64,000 nt of DNA from Thermodesulfobacteriota bacterium (GCA_041390285.1 JAWKQD010000001.1:152839-216838); one strand, 5' to 3'; shown: positions 1-10,753, numbered from the stretch's first letter. The notes: a model not told the origin generated them from the letters alone. Translations and numbers: made by a program.

Positions 1-1
1 C

Positions 2-73
2 TTTGAGTTTAAGCAAGTTCAGGAAAAGCTCAAAAGCGAAGGTGTAAACCTGCCGTTGCCGTCCGGGAACTGA
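2..73 (+). CDS. 3' end of an unidentified CDS entering from upstream of the window
   Basis: Frame 2 is open from the window edge (FEFKQVQEKLKSEGVNLPLPSGN) to TGA at 71-73. Too short to assign a family. Confidence 0.25.
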   Translation, partial: FEFKQVQEKLKSEGVNLPLPSGN

Positions 74-97
74 GTTAACTGCTTATAGGAATAGAAA

Positions 98-132
98 ATA
101 TAGTGGGCGCCTTACCATGGTGCCCACTATAT
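98..132 (+). terminator. Terminator-like stem-loop after the truncated CDS
   Basis: ATATAGTGGGC (98-108) pairs perfectly with GCCCACTATAT (122-132). No clean T-tract follows, so function is only plausible. Confidence 0.35.
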
Positions 133-214
133 AAACAATACGGAACAAAAACGGGCAAATATTCAATTCAGAAAATATATTCAATCCCGGTGCTCGTTAT
201 TGGAGGAATCAATA

Positions 215-1252
215 ATGTACAGTCGTCTACTTGAAAGAATTTATCAGTTTCGTTTAATGACAATTCTTTTCGTTGCGGTTTTTATAATATTATTTAGCTC
301 CGTATCGAATGCCGAAGACCCTCTTCCTTCCTGGAATGACGGGCCGGCTAAGAAGAGCATTATAGAATTCGTCACCGAAGTCACTAAAGAGGGCGGCCCA
401 AATTATGTTCCGCTCGAAGACAGGATCGCCACGTTCGACCAGGACGGAACGACGTGGGTTTCGCATCCGATTTACGCCCAGGCCGTGTTTACACTGGACC
501 GCGTAAAGGAGCTCGCCCCCCAGCACCCCGAATGGAAGGACAAGGACCCTTATAAATCTGTAATCGCGGGCGACAAGGAGGCGATGTCGAAATTCAGCGA
601 GGCCGATTGGGAAGAGCTCCTCGCGGCTACCCACGCGGGAATGAGCACAGAGGACTTTCAGGATATAGTCAAAAAATGGATATCCACCGCCAAAGATCCG
701 AGGTGGAAAAAGCCGTATACAGAGCTCGTCTACCAGCCGATGATCGAGGTTATGAATTACTTCCGAGCAAACGGGTTCAGAACATATTTTGTCACAGGCG
801 GCGGCCAGGAATTCGTAAGGGTCTATAGCGAGGACGTTTACGGAATCCCGCCCGAGCAGGTCGTCGGATCCAGTATTCTGACCAAGTACGAATACAGGGA
901 TGGAAAGCCAGTCCTGCTTCGCGAGCCGAAGGTTTTCTTCGTTGACGATAAGGTCGGTAAGCCCGTGGGAATCAACCTTTTCATCGGCAAACGCCCGTAC
1001 GCCGCGTTCGGCAACTCGACCGGCGACCAGCAGATGCTCGAATGGACCCAGGCCGGGGACGGGAAGCGCTTGATGATGCTCGTCTACCACGACGATAAGG
1101 AGCGCGAGTATGCCTATGGCCCCGCCGGCGGCCTCCCGGACACGCACATAGGCGCTTTCACGCAGGCGCTCATGGACGAGGCGAAGAAAAACGGATGGGT
1201 CGTTATAAGCATGAAGAATGACTGGAAGCAAATTTTCAGTTTCGATGAATAA
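215..1252 (+). CDS. Secreted HAD-superfamily hydrolase (phosphatase-like)
   Basis: GGAGGA lies 7 nt before ATG 215 (the track ORF starts at TTG 200). Hydrophobic signal peptide. HAD motif I FDQDGTTW, later GNSTGDQQML. Confidence 0.8.
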   Translation: MYSRLLERIYQFRLMTILFVAVFIILFSSVSNAEDPLPSWNDGPAKKSIIEFVTEVTKEGGPNYVPLEDRIATFDQDGTTWVSHPIYAQAVFTLDRVKELAPQHPEWKDKDPYKSVIAGDKEAMSKFSEADWEELLAATHAGMSTEDFQDIVKKWISTAKDPRWKKPYTELVYQPMIEVMNYFRANGFRTYFVTGGGQEFVRVYSEDVYGIPPEQVVGSSILTKYEYRDGKPVLLREPKVFFVDDKVGKPVGINLFIGKRPYAAFGNSTGDQQMLEWTQAGDGKRLMMLVYHDDKEREYAYGPAGGLPDTHIGAFTQALMDEAKKNGWVVISMKNDWKQIFSFDE

Positions 1253-1273
1253 GCAGTCCGAAATTAAATGGGC

Positions 1274-1310
1274 GGGAACGCTGCCGGCCGGCGGCGTTCC
1301 CGATTTGTAT
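1274..1310 (+). terminator. Rho-independent terminator candidate after the HAD gene
   Basis: GGGAACGC (1274-1281) pairs with GCGTTCCC (1294-1301), with more GC pairs inside the loop, followed by GATTTGTAT. Confidence 0.55.
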
Positions 1311-1409
1311 GTCCGAGAAAAATCATCGGGTTTAAACATTTCACAGGCTTCAGTTACGGCGGCTATTCCCTGGAGAGAAACTTCACGCCGAAAGTTGTAA
1401 TATATACCG

Positions 1410-1742
1410 ATGAATCATAAACACTCGTTTCGCTACTTCCTGCGGTATTTCGGCATTTATCTGTGGGTAGTTCGAAAAGTATTGTTCTCGCTGTTCCTTC
1501 TTGTCTTATCCGGGGCTGTCTTGATATCTATATTTGAAAAAATCAGCCTCGGCCATTCGATTTATCTTTCCTTTATAACAGCATTTACCATCGGATACGG
1601 TGACGTAACCCCTGTCACCACGATCGGCAGGATCCTATGCGTTCTGATTGGGCTTATCGGGATCATCTTTACCGGTCTCGTAGTAGCCGTGTCTACAAGG
1701 GCACTGGCCAGCACGATCGAGGAAGGCAAGAGACAAAAATAG
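1410..1742 (+). CDS. Minimal two-TM potassium channel (pore-only, KcsA-like)
   Basis: 110 aa with the selectivity-filter signature TIGYGDV between two hydrophobic helices. Confidence 0.8.
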   Translation: MNHKHSFRYFLRYFGIYLWVVRKVLFSLFLLVLSGAVLISIFEKISLGHSIYLSFITAFTIGYGDVTPVTTIGRILCVLIGLIGIIFTGLVVAVSTRALASTIEEGKRQK

Positions 1743-1833
1743 ATTCCGTCATGGCTTTCTTGACGGGAATATTTTATGTCCGATACTATGGGGGACGTTT
1801 CTTGCCGTCCGAATCGCAGCCCCGGAGGAATAT

Positions 1834-2309
1834 ATGCCGCAGGAAAAGAAACCGGTTGCAATCAATGCCCATGAGGCGCCGCCGCGTAAAAGGCCACGAA
1901 CTATCCCGAGCCGTTCGCTTCGAGGATGGCCGGAAGGAGAAGCATCCGCTGGGCGACCTCTTCGGACTTGCCAATTTCGGGGTCAATCTCACGCGGCTCG
2001 GGCCGGGCGCGATCGTCTGTCCGGCATTATCATTCAAAGCAGGACGAGTTCGTATACATATTGAGCGGGACTCCGACCCTGCACACCGACGAGGGGCGCA
2101 CCGTTCTAACTCCGGGAATGTGCGCCGGGTTCAAGGCCGGCGACAGGAACGGCCACCATCTCGTCAACGAAACCGGCGAGGATGTGCTTTACCTCGAGAT
2201 AGGCGACAGGACCCCCGGAGACGAGGGGAGCTACCCGGACGACGATCTTATGGCGGAGCTCATCGACGGCAAATGGAAATTCGTGCATAAGGACGGAACT
2301 CCTTATTAA
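1834..2309 (+). pseudogene. Cupin-domain protein, reading frame broken twice
   Basis: N-terminus MPQEKKPVAINAHEAPP is in the frame of ORF 1834. The middle part HELSRAVRFEDGRKEKHPLGDLFGLANFGVNLTRLGPGAIV is in the frame of ORF 1637..2290. The C-terminus HSKQDEFVYILSGTPTLHTDEGR...GHHLVNETGEDVLYLEIGDRTPGDE is in ORF 1926..2309. Confidence 0.7.
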
Positions 2310-2526
2310 TGGGCGGCTCGCCGCATTCAACCCGGTAAGCAGTTATTGATTATTTTTGCGGGCGTGCCGTAGCGATCCGGTTATTTCGCTTTCTGACTGC
2401 ATTCCTATATGTATTTTCCATTAACCTCCGACTAAAGACACAGAATTTCAGAAAAGGACATATATTTACGGACAAATGAATTCCTAACGGTTTCGGGAGA
2501 AAATCTGTCGAGGAGCGTGTCGGGCG

Positions 2527-3393
2527 ATGAGCATAAAGAAAATATTCTTTGTTTTTAGCGGTTTAATGATCATGGCAGTCGCGGGCGGGGCGGCGTTAGC
2601 GGCAAATCCGGATAAGTGCGAGCCGGCAGAGGAATTTTTGATTCTGGAAAACCAGCAATACGCGCTCTGTGCAAATGCGACCTGTACCACTTTAAACCAG
2701 GTCGCCTACTGCGGATGCGACTTGCTCAAAGGAAACAGCATAAGCCTTCCCTTCGATTTCGGCGACGGGGAGGATGTGTGCACGGTAAACCAGGACGGCA
2801 GGGGAAACGGCTACAGGGTCAGCACCTACAACGTTCCGAAGAGGAGCGTGTTCCCGGAAGGTGACTACGCCCTGTATACATGCCCGGGAGAGCTCAACAA
2901 GGATAAATACGGCGGGGTCGCGGCTGCGTCCGGCTCGTACGCGCAGTGCGACGGCGGGCTCTGCTTCATGAGCACGAAGGGCAGGAACTTCCCGGGCCTG
3001 GATAAGCTCGGCAAGAAAGAGCTCGTATGCTCGTGCCCCATAACCACGAACTGCGAGGGGTCGGATGCAAACCCGGAAGGCCACCAGATCGGGGGTCCAT
3101 ACGACGGCGTCAACGGATGCGACCCGAATGCGTGTCTTAAATGCGATGCGGCCAGATTGACCAATGCTCAGTGCGAAACGTCGAACCCCGCTAACTTTAT
3201 CGGCGTGCAGGAAAATGTTCCGGTCGGATCCGCTGCAGGCACCCCGGCCATCTTATCGTGTCTTCTCCTGGACGGCGACGTGCCGCGACTCAACAGCTGC
3301 TTCTGTTCCTGTGATGAGGTTAACGAAGACGGCAGCTGCGCTGAGTGGAGTGTCCACGACGAATCGCCTTTGGATGTCCATTGCGGATTGTGA
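2527..3393 (+). CDS. Secreted cysteine-rich protein (about 22 Cys), family not recognised
   Basis: Signal peptide MSIKKIFFVFSGLMIMAVAGGAALA. Cys residues are spread through the mature part. Intact 288-aa ORF. Confidence 0.6.
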   Translation: MSIKKIFFVFSGLMIMAVAGGAALAANPDKCEPAEEFLILENQQYALCANATCTTLNQVAYCGCDLLKGNSISLPFDFGDGEDVCTVNQDGRGNGYRVSTYNVPKRSVFPEGDYALYTCPGELNKDKYGGVAAASGSYAQCDGGLCFMSTKGRNFPGLDKLGKKELVCSCPITTNCEGSDANPEGHQIGGPYDGVNGCDPNACLKCDAARLTNAQCETSNPANFIGVQENVPVGSAAGTPAILSCLLLDGDVPRLNSCFCSCDEVNEDGSCAEWSVHDESPLDVHCGL

Positions 3394-3454
3394 AAAGCGT
3401 GGTTTCCTTTATAAATATCCGGTATAAGACCGAGCGCGGTAAGGAGACGACTAT

Positions 3455-3853
3455 ATGAAAATATTTTACGGCTTTTCGGCGGCTGTATTGGTCCTGGCTT
3501 TCGTAATGTTCGGAGGTCCTATATCAACGGCGGATCAGGGCATAACCGCAGACAGCATAGTTGGAAAGTGGAAAGAGCCGGATGAAGACGCCGTGGTGCA
3601 GATCGAGAATAAGGGCGCTTATTACGAAGGCGCGGTAGTGGAATCTCCTTCCCATCCCGAGGGCGTTTCAACGACGATATTCAAGAACCTCGTATACGAC
3701 GGCTCGAAGGGGGTATGGAAAGGGCAGGTCTATTCCATCGAAAGGAAAAAGGACTACAACGTCGAAATCAAAATGAGTGATACGAGCATGTTTACCATGA
3801 AGGCCAAGGCGGGCCTCCTCTCGAAGACTATAGAGTGGAGCCGGGTTCAGTGA
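3455..3853 (+). CDS. Secreted DUF2147-like protein
   Basis: Signal peptide, then GKWKEPDED...VWKGQVYSIERKKDYNVEIKM...TIEWSRV, which matches the DUF2147 pattern from memory. Confidence 0.6.
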   Translation: MKIFYGFSAAVLVLAFVMFGGPISTADQGITADSIVGKWKEPDEDAVVQIENKGAYYEGAVVESPSHPEGVSTTIFKNLVYDGSKGVWKGQVYSIERKKDYNVEIKMSDTSMFTMKAKAGLLSKTIEWSRVQ

Positions 3854-4036
3854 GCATGCCGGGCGATGTCTAAAATATTCCGTGGCTACTGACTTAAGCC
3901 GCTTTCCACGCAGACGGCGAAGTGCTTCGCTCTTGCCGGCATTTGCAGAATTCGGATGGATAAATGCTTCGAGACCGTTTATTGTAGTAACTTCGGGCCT
4001 GTACGGGACGGTCCAAATATATCCAGGAGGTATTAA

Positions 4037-4495
4037 ATGAGGATTCCAAAGACTTTGATATTTGTAGTTGCCATATTCCTGGCTTATGCCGGTTCGGCGC
4101 TTGCCGACGAAGTGCCTTCCGGCACGATATCTATAGACGAGACTCAGTTCGGGCTCATAATCGGCGGAAGCGAGGGGAGCGGGATTCTTAACTATCAGGG
4201 CGCCGAGTATATCTTCAAGACGAGCGGAATCAAGGTTGGCGGCGTGGGCGTCGCGAAAATATCCGCCGCCGGAGAGGTTTATAACCTCTCCAACCTCGGC
4301 CAGTTCCCGGGTACTTACGTCGCGGGGGATTACGGCATTGCGCTCGGCGGCGGAGCTGGCGGAGTCGTGCTGAAAAATGAGAACGGAGTACTCCTCAAGC
4401 TGCATTCGACTATGGAAGGGGTTGATCTTAACGTCGGTATATCTGGGGTCACCATTAAGCTAGAAGCCGCTGTGCCCCCTGCCGACGAGGATTAG
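4037..4495 (+). CDS. Secreted Gly-rich beta-type protein, family uncertain (weak SYLF/DUF1134-like look)
   Basis: AGGAGG RBS, signal peptide ending ALA-DE, Gly-rich repeats (GGSEGSG, GGVGVAK, GGGAGGV). Confidence 0.55.
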   Translation: MRIPKTLIFVVAIFLAYAGSALADEVPSGTISIDETQFGLIIGGSEGSGILNYQGAEYIFKTSGIKVGGVGVAKISAAGEVYNLSNLGQFPGTYVAGDYGIALGGGAGGVVLKNENGVLLKLHSTMEGVDLNVGISGVTIKLEAAVPPADED

Positions 4496-4551
4496 AAAAA
4501 GGGAAACCTCCCGTCTTTACATGGTCTATATTCGAACGGACTGGCCTTTAA

Positions 4552-5551
4552 TCAGGGGCGGGCTTTGCCCAGGGTTGCGGAAGGTGACTCGCCGTAGATG
4601 TTTTTGTATTCGACCGAGAACCTTCCGAAATGCCAGAAATGCCACTTCGCAGCGACGTCGGTTACAGAGGTCTTTTTAGGGTCGGCTTCGAGAAGATCCT
4701 TCCTCGCTTTCGTAAGCCTGAGAAGCCTGAGAAAGTTAATAGGGCTTATGCCATAAAATTCCTGAAACGCGTAATACAGGGTCCTCATCCTTACACCCAG
4801 CGCGGAACATAGGTCCGTCACGTGTATCGGTTTATATGAGTTCGCTTTTAGAAAATCGGTCGAGCGCTTGATAATTAGGGAATGTGAAGTTTTGCCTCTG
4901 CCGTTCCCGTTCCCGTTAGCAGGTGCGTCGAGTGTCCGGCTGAGCACTGCTATCTGGGCCTCGAGTAATGAGTATTCCATGCCGGTTCTCAGATAGTCGT
5001 TCTTGAAGAATGACGGATTCTTTTTCGCAAGAACCGTTATTTCGTTTATGACATCCACCAATGATCCGGTTGCCGCGCTGTCACTGCAGTGAAAACAGGA
5101 GACGGCGCCACTATTCGTATCTATTTTACGGTTTACAGTCTCGAGTACATGTTCTTCCAGGAAACTACGCTCGAGTGTAATGTAAGCCCATCTGCAAGGG
5201 CCGTCATTATACGCTATATGTTCGGAATTGTTCCCATAGGCAATGAACATATCGTTATCCATGTGGTATCCGTTGCACTTTGTCGTAGAACAAATTGTCG
5301 ATCTTATAAAGGAGCCCGAACCTTTCCTTGTCGGATGAGGCGTGGGATATGACTGCAGAGCCGTATGAGCCGACCTGGAGATGTATGTTGTCCAGGCCAA
5401 GCGTCACAAGGTTTGAAGGCGCCAGGGTCCCGCCTGCCTGATGCAGCTCTATGTCTGCTTCCTTGATGTATTGGGAGAGCTCTTCGAGTTCTTTCGTCTC
5501 CACCCTGATGAGAAAGTCAGGGGCTGCTGACGACGAATTATGATCTTCCAT
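4552..5551 (-). pseudogene. AraC-family transcriptional regulator, one frameshift near 5290-5330
   Basis: C-terminal AraC HTH region (SYKPIHVTDLCSALGVRMRTLYYAFQEFYGISPINFLRLLRLTKARKDL) is in ORF 4552..5400. The N-terminal sensor part is in ORF 5255..5551, in another frame. Confidence 0.75.
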
Positions 5552-5564
5552 ATGAATTGCCTAA

Positions 5565-5596
5565 GCGACAAATTCTGAGTTGCAATATTCGGATAG
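5565..5596 (+). promoter_or_regulatory. Operator/promoter-like motif, copy 1 (GCGACAAATTCTG-n2-TTGCAATATTCGGATAG)
   Basis: Lies in the divergent region between the araC-like start (5551) and the SYLF gene (5710). A near-identical copy is at 7964-7997. Confidence 0.5.
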
Positions 5597-5709
5597 ACGG
5601 TAAATTGTGACTAAAGTATAATCGAATTTATGTGTGTTCGGCAATAAGGAAAGGCGTGTACGATCTTGGGGGCATTTCTGTTACCGGAAGTGGTAAAAAC
5701 GGAGGAATT

Positions 5710-6285
5710 ATGAAAAGTAAAACGATACTCCTAGTATTAATTTCATGTTTATTTGTGCTGGCGGGGTGCGCGAGGCCAAAGGGAGAGACGCCGGAGCAAA
5801 AAAGAGAATTTGTCCAGCAAATGGCGACCGAAACTCTCGCCGAGCTTTATGCAGGAGTCCCCGGGGCAAGGTCGTTGGTCGAACTCTCTGTGGGATACGG
5901 CGTTTTCAGCAACATCAACACGCAATTAATGTTTTTTGGGACTGGTAACGGATATGGTGTGGTAACCGACACATCAGACGGGTTCAAGACCTATATGAGA
6001 ATGGCGGAAGGCGGGGTAGGTCTCGGTGTAGCGTTGCTGGATTTTCGAGAGGTCATTATATTCAACGACCAGAGTGCTTATAAAAATTTCGTAACGGAAG
6101 GTTGGAGTTTCGGCGGGCAGGGAAATGCTGCTGCAAAGTATGAAGGAACCGGTGGATCGGCATCGGGGGAAGTTCCTCTGGATGCGGCGGTCGTGGTATA
6201 CCAGATTACTAAATCGGGAATAGCACTAAGGGCGAATTTCAGTGCGTCGAAGTACTGGCTCGACAGCGATTTAAACAGTTACTGA
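5710..6285 (+). CDS. SYLF (Ysc84-like) domain lipoprotein
   Basis: GGAGGA RBS before ATG 5710. Lipobox LAGC. Gly-rich SYLF-like core (GTGNGYGVV...GGVGLGVAL...GWSFGGQGNAAA). Confidence 0.6.
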   Translation: MKSKTILLVLISCLFVLAGCARPKGETPEQKREFVQQMATETLAELYAGVPGARSLVELSVGYGVFSNINTQLMFFGTGNGYGVVTDTSDGFKTYMRMAEGGVGLGVALLDFREVIIFNDQSAYKNFVTEGWSFGGQGNAAAKYEGTGGSASGEVPLDAAVVVYQITKSGIALRANFSASKYWLDSDLNSY

Positions 6286-6428
6286 AAAAACTCGAAATAA
6301 CGTGACGGCTTTTTGAATTCATTATTCCGGCTCCATCTGAAAAGTTATTCCCGCATGCAGTTGTCTCTGATACGCCGCCGTGGGGAATATTCTGGAAACA
6401 AGCAAGAAATAAATAAGGAGGTGTACAT

Positions 6429-7851
6429 ATGAGAAAATTGATAACTTTCGTTTTGGCGGGGTTCATAATGATTATGGCTTTCACTGCCCACAATGTAGCG
6501 AAGGCTGAAAAACTCGGCAAGGAAGAAGCGTTGGAAATCGCGACAGATGCCTACATATATGGTTATTCGCTTATTACGACTGAAGTCACTCGGGTGCAGA
6601 TGACCAATGTGGATAAGGTTGAGGAGCTCCGTGCTCCCATGGGACAGTTTATCAATGTTAAGCGCTATCCGCCGGCTGATTACCGCGGTGTCTCGGCTCC
6701 GAACGCCGACACACTGTACTCGCTCGCCTGGATCGACCTGGGTGAAGAGCCCCAGGTCTTTTCACATCCGGATATGGGCAAGCGCTATTACCTGTTCCCG
6801 ATGTACAGCCTGTGGATGCCGGTGATAGATTCACCGGGCAGCCGGACTACCGGGGAGAAAGCCGCAACATATCTGATTACAGGCCCTGGCTGGCAAGGCG
6901 AAGTGCCCGAAGGGATGAAGCAGATTAAGTCACCGACGCGTTACGTTGTAATTCTTGGCCGGACGTACGCCGATGGTACGGACGCCGGCTATAAAGTAGT
7001 TAATGAACTTCAGGCGCAATATAAGATCACGCCGCTTTCCGCCTACGGCAAGCCGTATACGTATAAGGCGCCGCCCGTAAACTCCGATCCGGGCTTCAGC
7101 ATGACCGACAAGCCTCAGAAGGTAATAATTGACATGGGCACGAAGGGTTATTTCGATATGATGACCGATCTTATGTGCAAGACGGCTCCTCCTGCGGAAG
7201 AAGATGCGTCGATACTTGCGAATATGGCCAAGATCGGGATCGAGCCTTGCAAACCGTTCGACATGAGCTCTTTGGATCCCGCCGTACAGGAAACGTTAAA
7301 AGACCTGCCTGAGACTGCACTGAAGAAAATAGAGGCCGGCCACGCCAGTCTCGGCACGATGGTTAAAGGATGGCAGATTACCAAGGGGCTTGGAGAATAC
7401 GGCACCGACTACATGAAGCGTGCGGTGGTCGCCGCTTTCGGCTGGCCGGCAAACCTCGAGAAGGACGCCGTCTATCCCTACACGGAGGTGGACAGCTCCG
7501 GTGCGACGCTGACAGGCGCAAACAAGTACACTTTGACCTTCCCCAAGGGACAGACGCCTCAGTCGACGGTTTCTGGTCCATCACCATGTACGAGATCGAC
7601 AAGGGCTGGTGGTTTTGCCGAATGCGCTCAACAAATTTACCGTCAGTCCCGAAACGATCTGAAGTATAACGACGATGGATCGCTCACGCTGTATTTTCAG
7701 AACGAATCTCCGGGAAGACAAGGAAGCCAACTGGCTCCCCGCACCGAAAGGCAGCTTCATTGCTATGCTGCGCATGTATTGGCCGAAGGAAGGTGATCCT
7801 TCGATCCTTAACGGAACCTGGACACCGCCGGTTGTGGAAAAAGTGAATTAG
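6429..7851 (+). pseudogene. DUF1254/DUF1214 two-domain secreted protein, C-terminal third frameshifted at least four times
   Basis: The N-terminus (ATDAYIYGYSLITTEVTRVQMTN...) is typical DUF1254. The C-terminal pieces VDGFWSITMYEIDKGWWF, PNALNKFTVSP, NDLKYNDDGSLTLYFQNESPG and EDKEANWLPAPKGSFIAMLRMYWPKEGDPS lie in different frames between about 7560 and 7851. Confidence 0.7.
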
Positions 7852-7963
7852 GAATGATGGTCGAGCGCAAGCATCGGCCATTTGGCGGTCTGACGCTGAA
7901 TAGAAATATCCCGGCAGCCCGCATCGATTATCGATAGGGGTTGCCGGGTATTGCGTTATCAAG

Positions 7964-7997
7964 GCGACAAATTCTGCCCGTTGCAATATTCGGATAG
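7964..7997 (+). promoter_or_regulatory. Operator/promoter-like motif, copy 2 (GCGACAAATTCTG-n4-TTGCAATATTCGGATAG)
   Basis: 203 nt upstream of the sulfatase start, in the same orientation as copy 1. Both half-motifs are identical to copy 1. Confidence 0.5.
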
Positions 7998-8199
7998 CGA
8001 AGAATTTTAAATAAATTTAGAATAATTTTCCAGAATGTCACATTGAGCATGAAACCCGGCCAGCAGAAAAATATTGTTTGTTTCTGGTTGAGCGGGTTTT
8101 CCATATACGTATTTCCCTTGGGCCAGACCTGGATGAGAACAGCGTCTTTGTTCTCTCCTTATGTTACTGGACTCAGGAGATCAATAATCCGGGGGTATT

Positions 8200-10753
8200 A
8201 TGAAAATGCAATCGAGGGTTACAGTTTCTGCAGTACTTATTTTTTTAGGAGCGTTAAGTGTCTTGGTCATGGCGGCTGTCTCGCTCCTGGCGCAGGAGAT
8301 AACAGGAGTGGAGGGCTCGCCCGATGCGACAATGTCGATCGACGGTAAGGTGCTGCCAGCCCCAGAGCTGCCGTTCGGTGGGGTAATCAAGGACGACGCG
8401 CTGCAGTCAACCCCGTGGTGGGCGCCGCGAATCACGCCGCCCGATGGCGCGCCGAACGTCCTATTGATAATCACCGACGACGCCGGATTCGGCGTGCCGA
8501 GCACATTCGGCGGCGTCATACCGACGCCCACGATGGACAGGGTCGCAAATGAGGGCCTCCGCTATAACAGGGTCTTCTCCACCGCACTGTGCTCGCCGAC
8601 GCGCGCCGCGCTCATCACCGGGCGCAATCATCATTCTGCCGGATTCGGCGTTATATCCGAGCAGTCCACGGGGTATCCGGCTACAACAGCATCATAGAAC
8701 CGGACAAAGCTACGATCGGGCGCGTACTGCTCGACAACGGCTACTCCACGTCGTGGTTCGGCAAGGATCACAACACGCCTGCCTTCGAGGCCAGCCAGGT
8801 GGGGCCGTTCGACCAGTGGCCAACAGGAATGGGCTTCGAATACTTCTACGGTTTTGTCGGCGGGGATGCCAACCTGGGAACCGAATCTCTTCAGGAACAC
8901 GGGACGCAAATCTATCCTTTCAAGGGACAGGAAGGGTCATGGAATCTTATCACGGCAATGGCTGACGATGCGATCGACTGGATGACGCGTATGCACCAGA
9001 TCGACCCTCGAAGCCTATCTTCATCAAATACGCCCCGGCGCCACACACGCGCCTCACCATCCGACACAGGAGTGGGTGGACAAGATACACGAGATGCATC
9101 TTTTCGACGACGGCTACGAGAAGCTCCGCGAGCGCATCTTCGAGAATCAGAAGCGGCTCGGCGTAATTCCTCAGGATGCAGAGCTGACTCCGTGGCCGAA
9201 GGAAATCCTCAAGCCATGGGACGAGCTCACTCCGGAGGAAAAGAAGCTCTTCATCCGTCAGGTCGAGGTTTTCGCCGCATACGCAGCCTATAACGACTAC
9301 GAGATAGGGCGCGTTATCCAGGCCTTCCAAGACCTCGGGCAGCTCGACAACACGCTGATTATCTATATAAACGGCGACAACGGCACCAGCGCCGAGGAGG
9401 GCCGCTCGGCACGCCGAACGAAGTCGCGTTCTTTAACGGCGTCACCGTGCCTGTCGAAGAGCAGATGAAGTTCTGACGTATGGGGTACGGAGCAGACCTA
9501 CAACCATATGTCCGCCGGGTGGTCGTGGGCGTTCGACACGCCGTTCGACTGGTTCAAGCAGAACGCATCCAGGCTCGGCGGCATCAACCAGAATATGGCG
9601 GTCTCGTGGCCGGCGCGGATCAAGGACAAGGGCGCGCTTCGCGAACGGTTCATTCACGTGATCGACGTCATGCCGACTATACTCGAAGCTGCCGGCATAC
9701 AGGCGCCGGAGGTGGTAGATGGAGTCAAGCAGTCGCCTATCGAGGGCACGAGCTTCCTCTATACCTTTGATGCCAAGAACGCAAAGGCTCCGTCAGGCAC
9801 CAAACCCAGTACTTCGAAATGATGGGCCAGTGGGCGCTATACCACGACGGCTGGCTCCTAAGCACCAGGTTAACCGCGCGCCGTGGCAGGCTTTCGGCCC
9901 GGCGAATCCCGATCCCCTGAATAACCAGGTGTTCCAGCTCTACGATTTGACCAAGGATTTCAGTCAGGCCAACGACATAGCCGCGGAACATCCGGACAAG
10001 GTCGAAGAGATGCGGAAGATGTTCGTCGAGGAAGCGAAGAAATACCAGGTCTTCCCGCTGGATGCGTCGGTGGCGGCCCGAATCGTCGCGCCGCGCCCGA
10101 ACATAACGGCAGGGCGTACGGAGTTCGTTTACACGCGGCCTATGACAGGTTTGCCGCAAGGCGACTCGCCGTTCCTGCTGAATACCTCCTACACCATAAC
10201 CGCCGATATCGACGTACCGGAGGGCGGAGCCGAAGGGATGATTTTGACCTCGGGCGGACGATTCGCCGGATACGGCTTTTACCTTCTGAAAGGCAAACCT
10301 GTGTTCCTTTGGAACCTTCTCGACCTGAAGCGGATAAAGTGGGAAGGGCCCGAAGCTCTCTCGCCGGGCAAACACACGCTCGAATTCGACTTCAAGTATG
10401 ACGGCTCCGGCAGCGGCACGCTCGCGTACAACAGCTTCAGCGGCGTCGGCAGCTCCGGCACCGGCACGCTAAAGGTGGACGGCAAGGAAGTGCAAACGAT
10501 AAAGATGGAGCACACGCTGCCGATGATACTGCAATGGGACGAGAGCTTCGATATTGGTTCTGACACGCTCACGGGCGTGAACGACGAGGATTACCAGCCG
10601 CCGTTCCCGCTGACGGCCGGGCTCGACAAGCTTACGATCAAGATCGATCGTCCGCAGCTTTCGCCCGAAGACATCAAGAACCTGGAGAAAGCGGAGGCGG
10701 AGGCGCGCGACGGCGCGGCGCCGCATCCTGCCGAGCCTGCGCATCAACAGTAG
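8200..10753 (+). pseudogene. Arylsulfatase (formylglycine-dependent, roughly 850 aa once the pieces are joined), at least seven frameshifts
   Basis: Signal peptide, LLIITDDAGFG, and the CSPTR motif in STALCSPTRAALITGRNHH. Successive pieces are in ORFs 8200, 8589, 9076, 9508 and 9719 plus short unlisted frames. The C-terminal domain is intact in 9719..10753. Confidence 0.8.

Noticed and set aside
290-1339. 349-aa minus-strand ORF
   Set aside because: Antisense to the HAD hydrolase, which has a signal peptide, an RBS and HAD motifs. Other long antisense ORFs were rejected for the same reason: 22719..23486, 26123..26980, 27792..28529, 39092..40048, 16033..16863, 57404..58300.
8200-10753. Programmed ribosomal frameshifting or other recoding as the explanation for the broken genes
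   Set aside because: There are far too many events in unrelated genes. I saw no slippery heptamers or downstream structures at the junctions I inspected. The shifts are deletion-type, often in short homopolymers.
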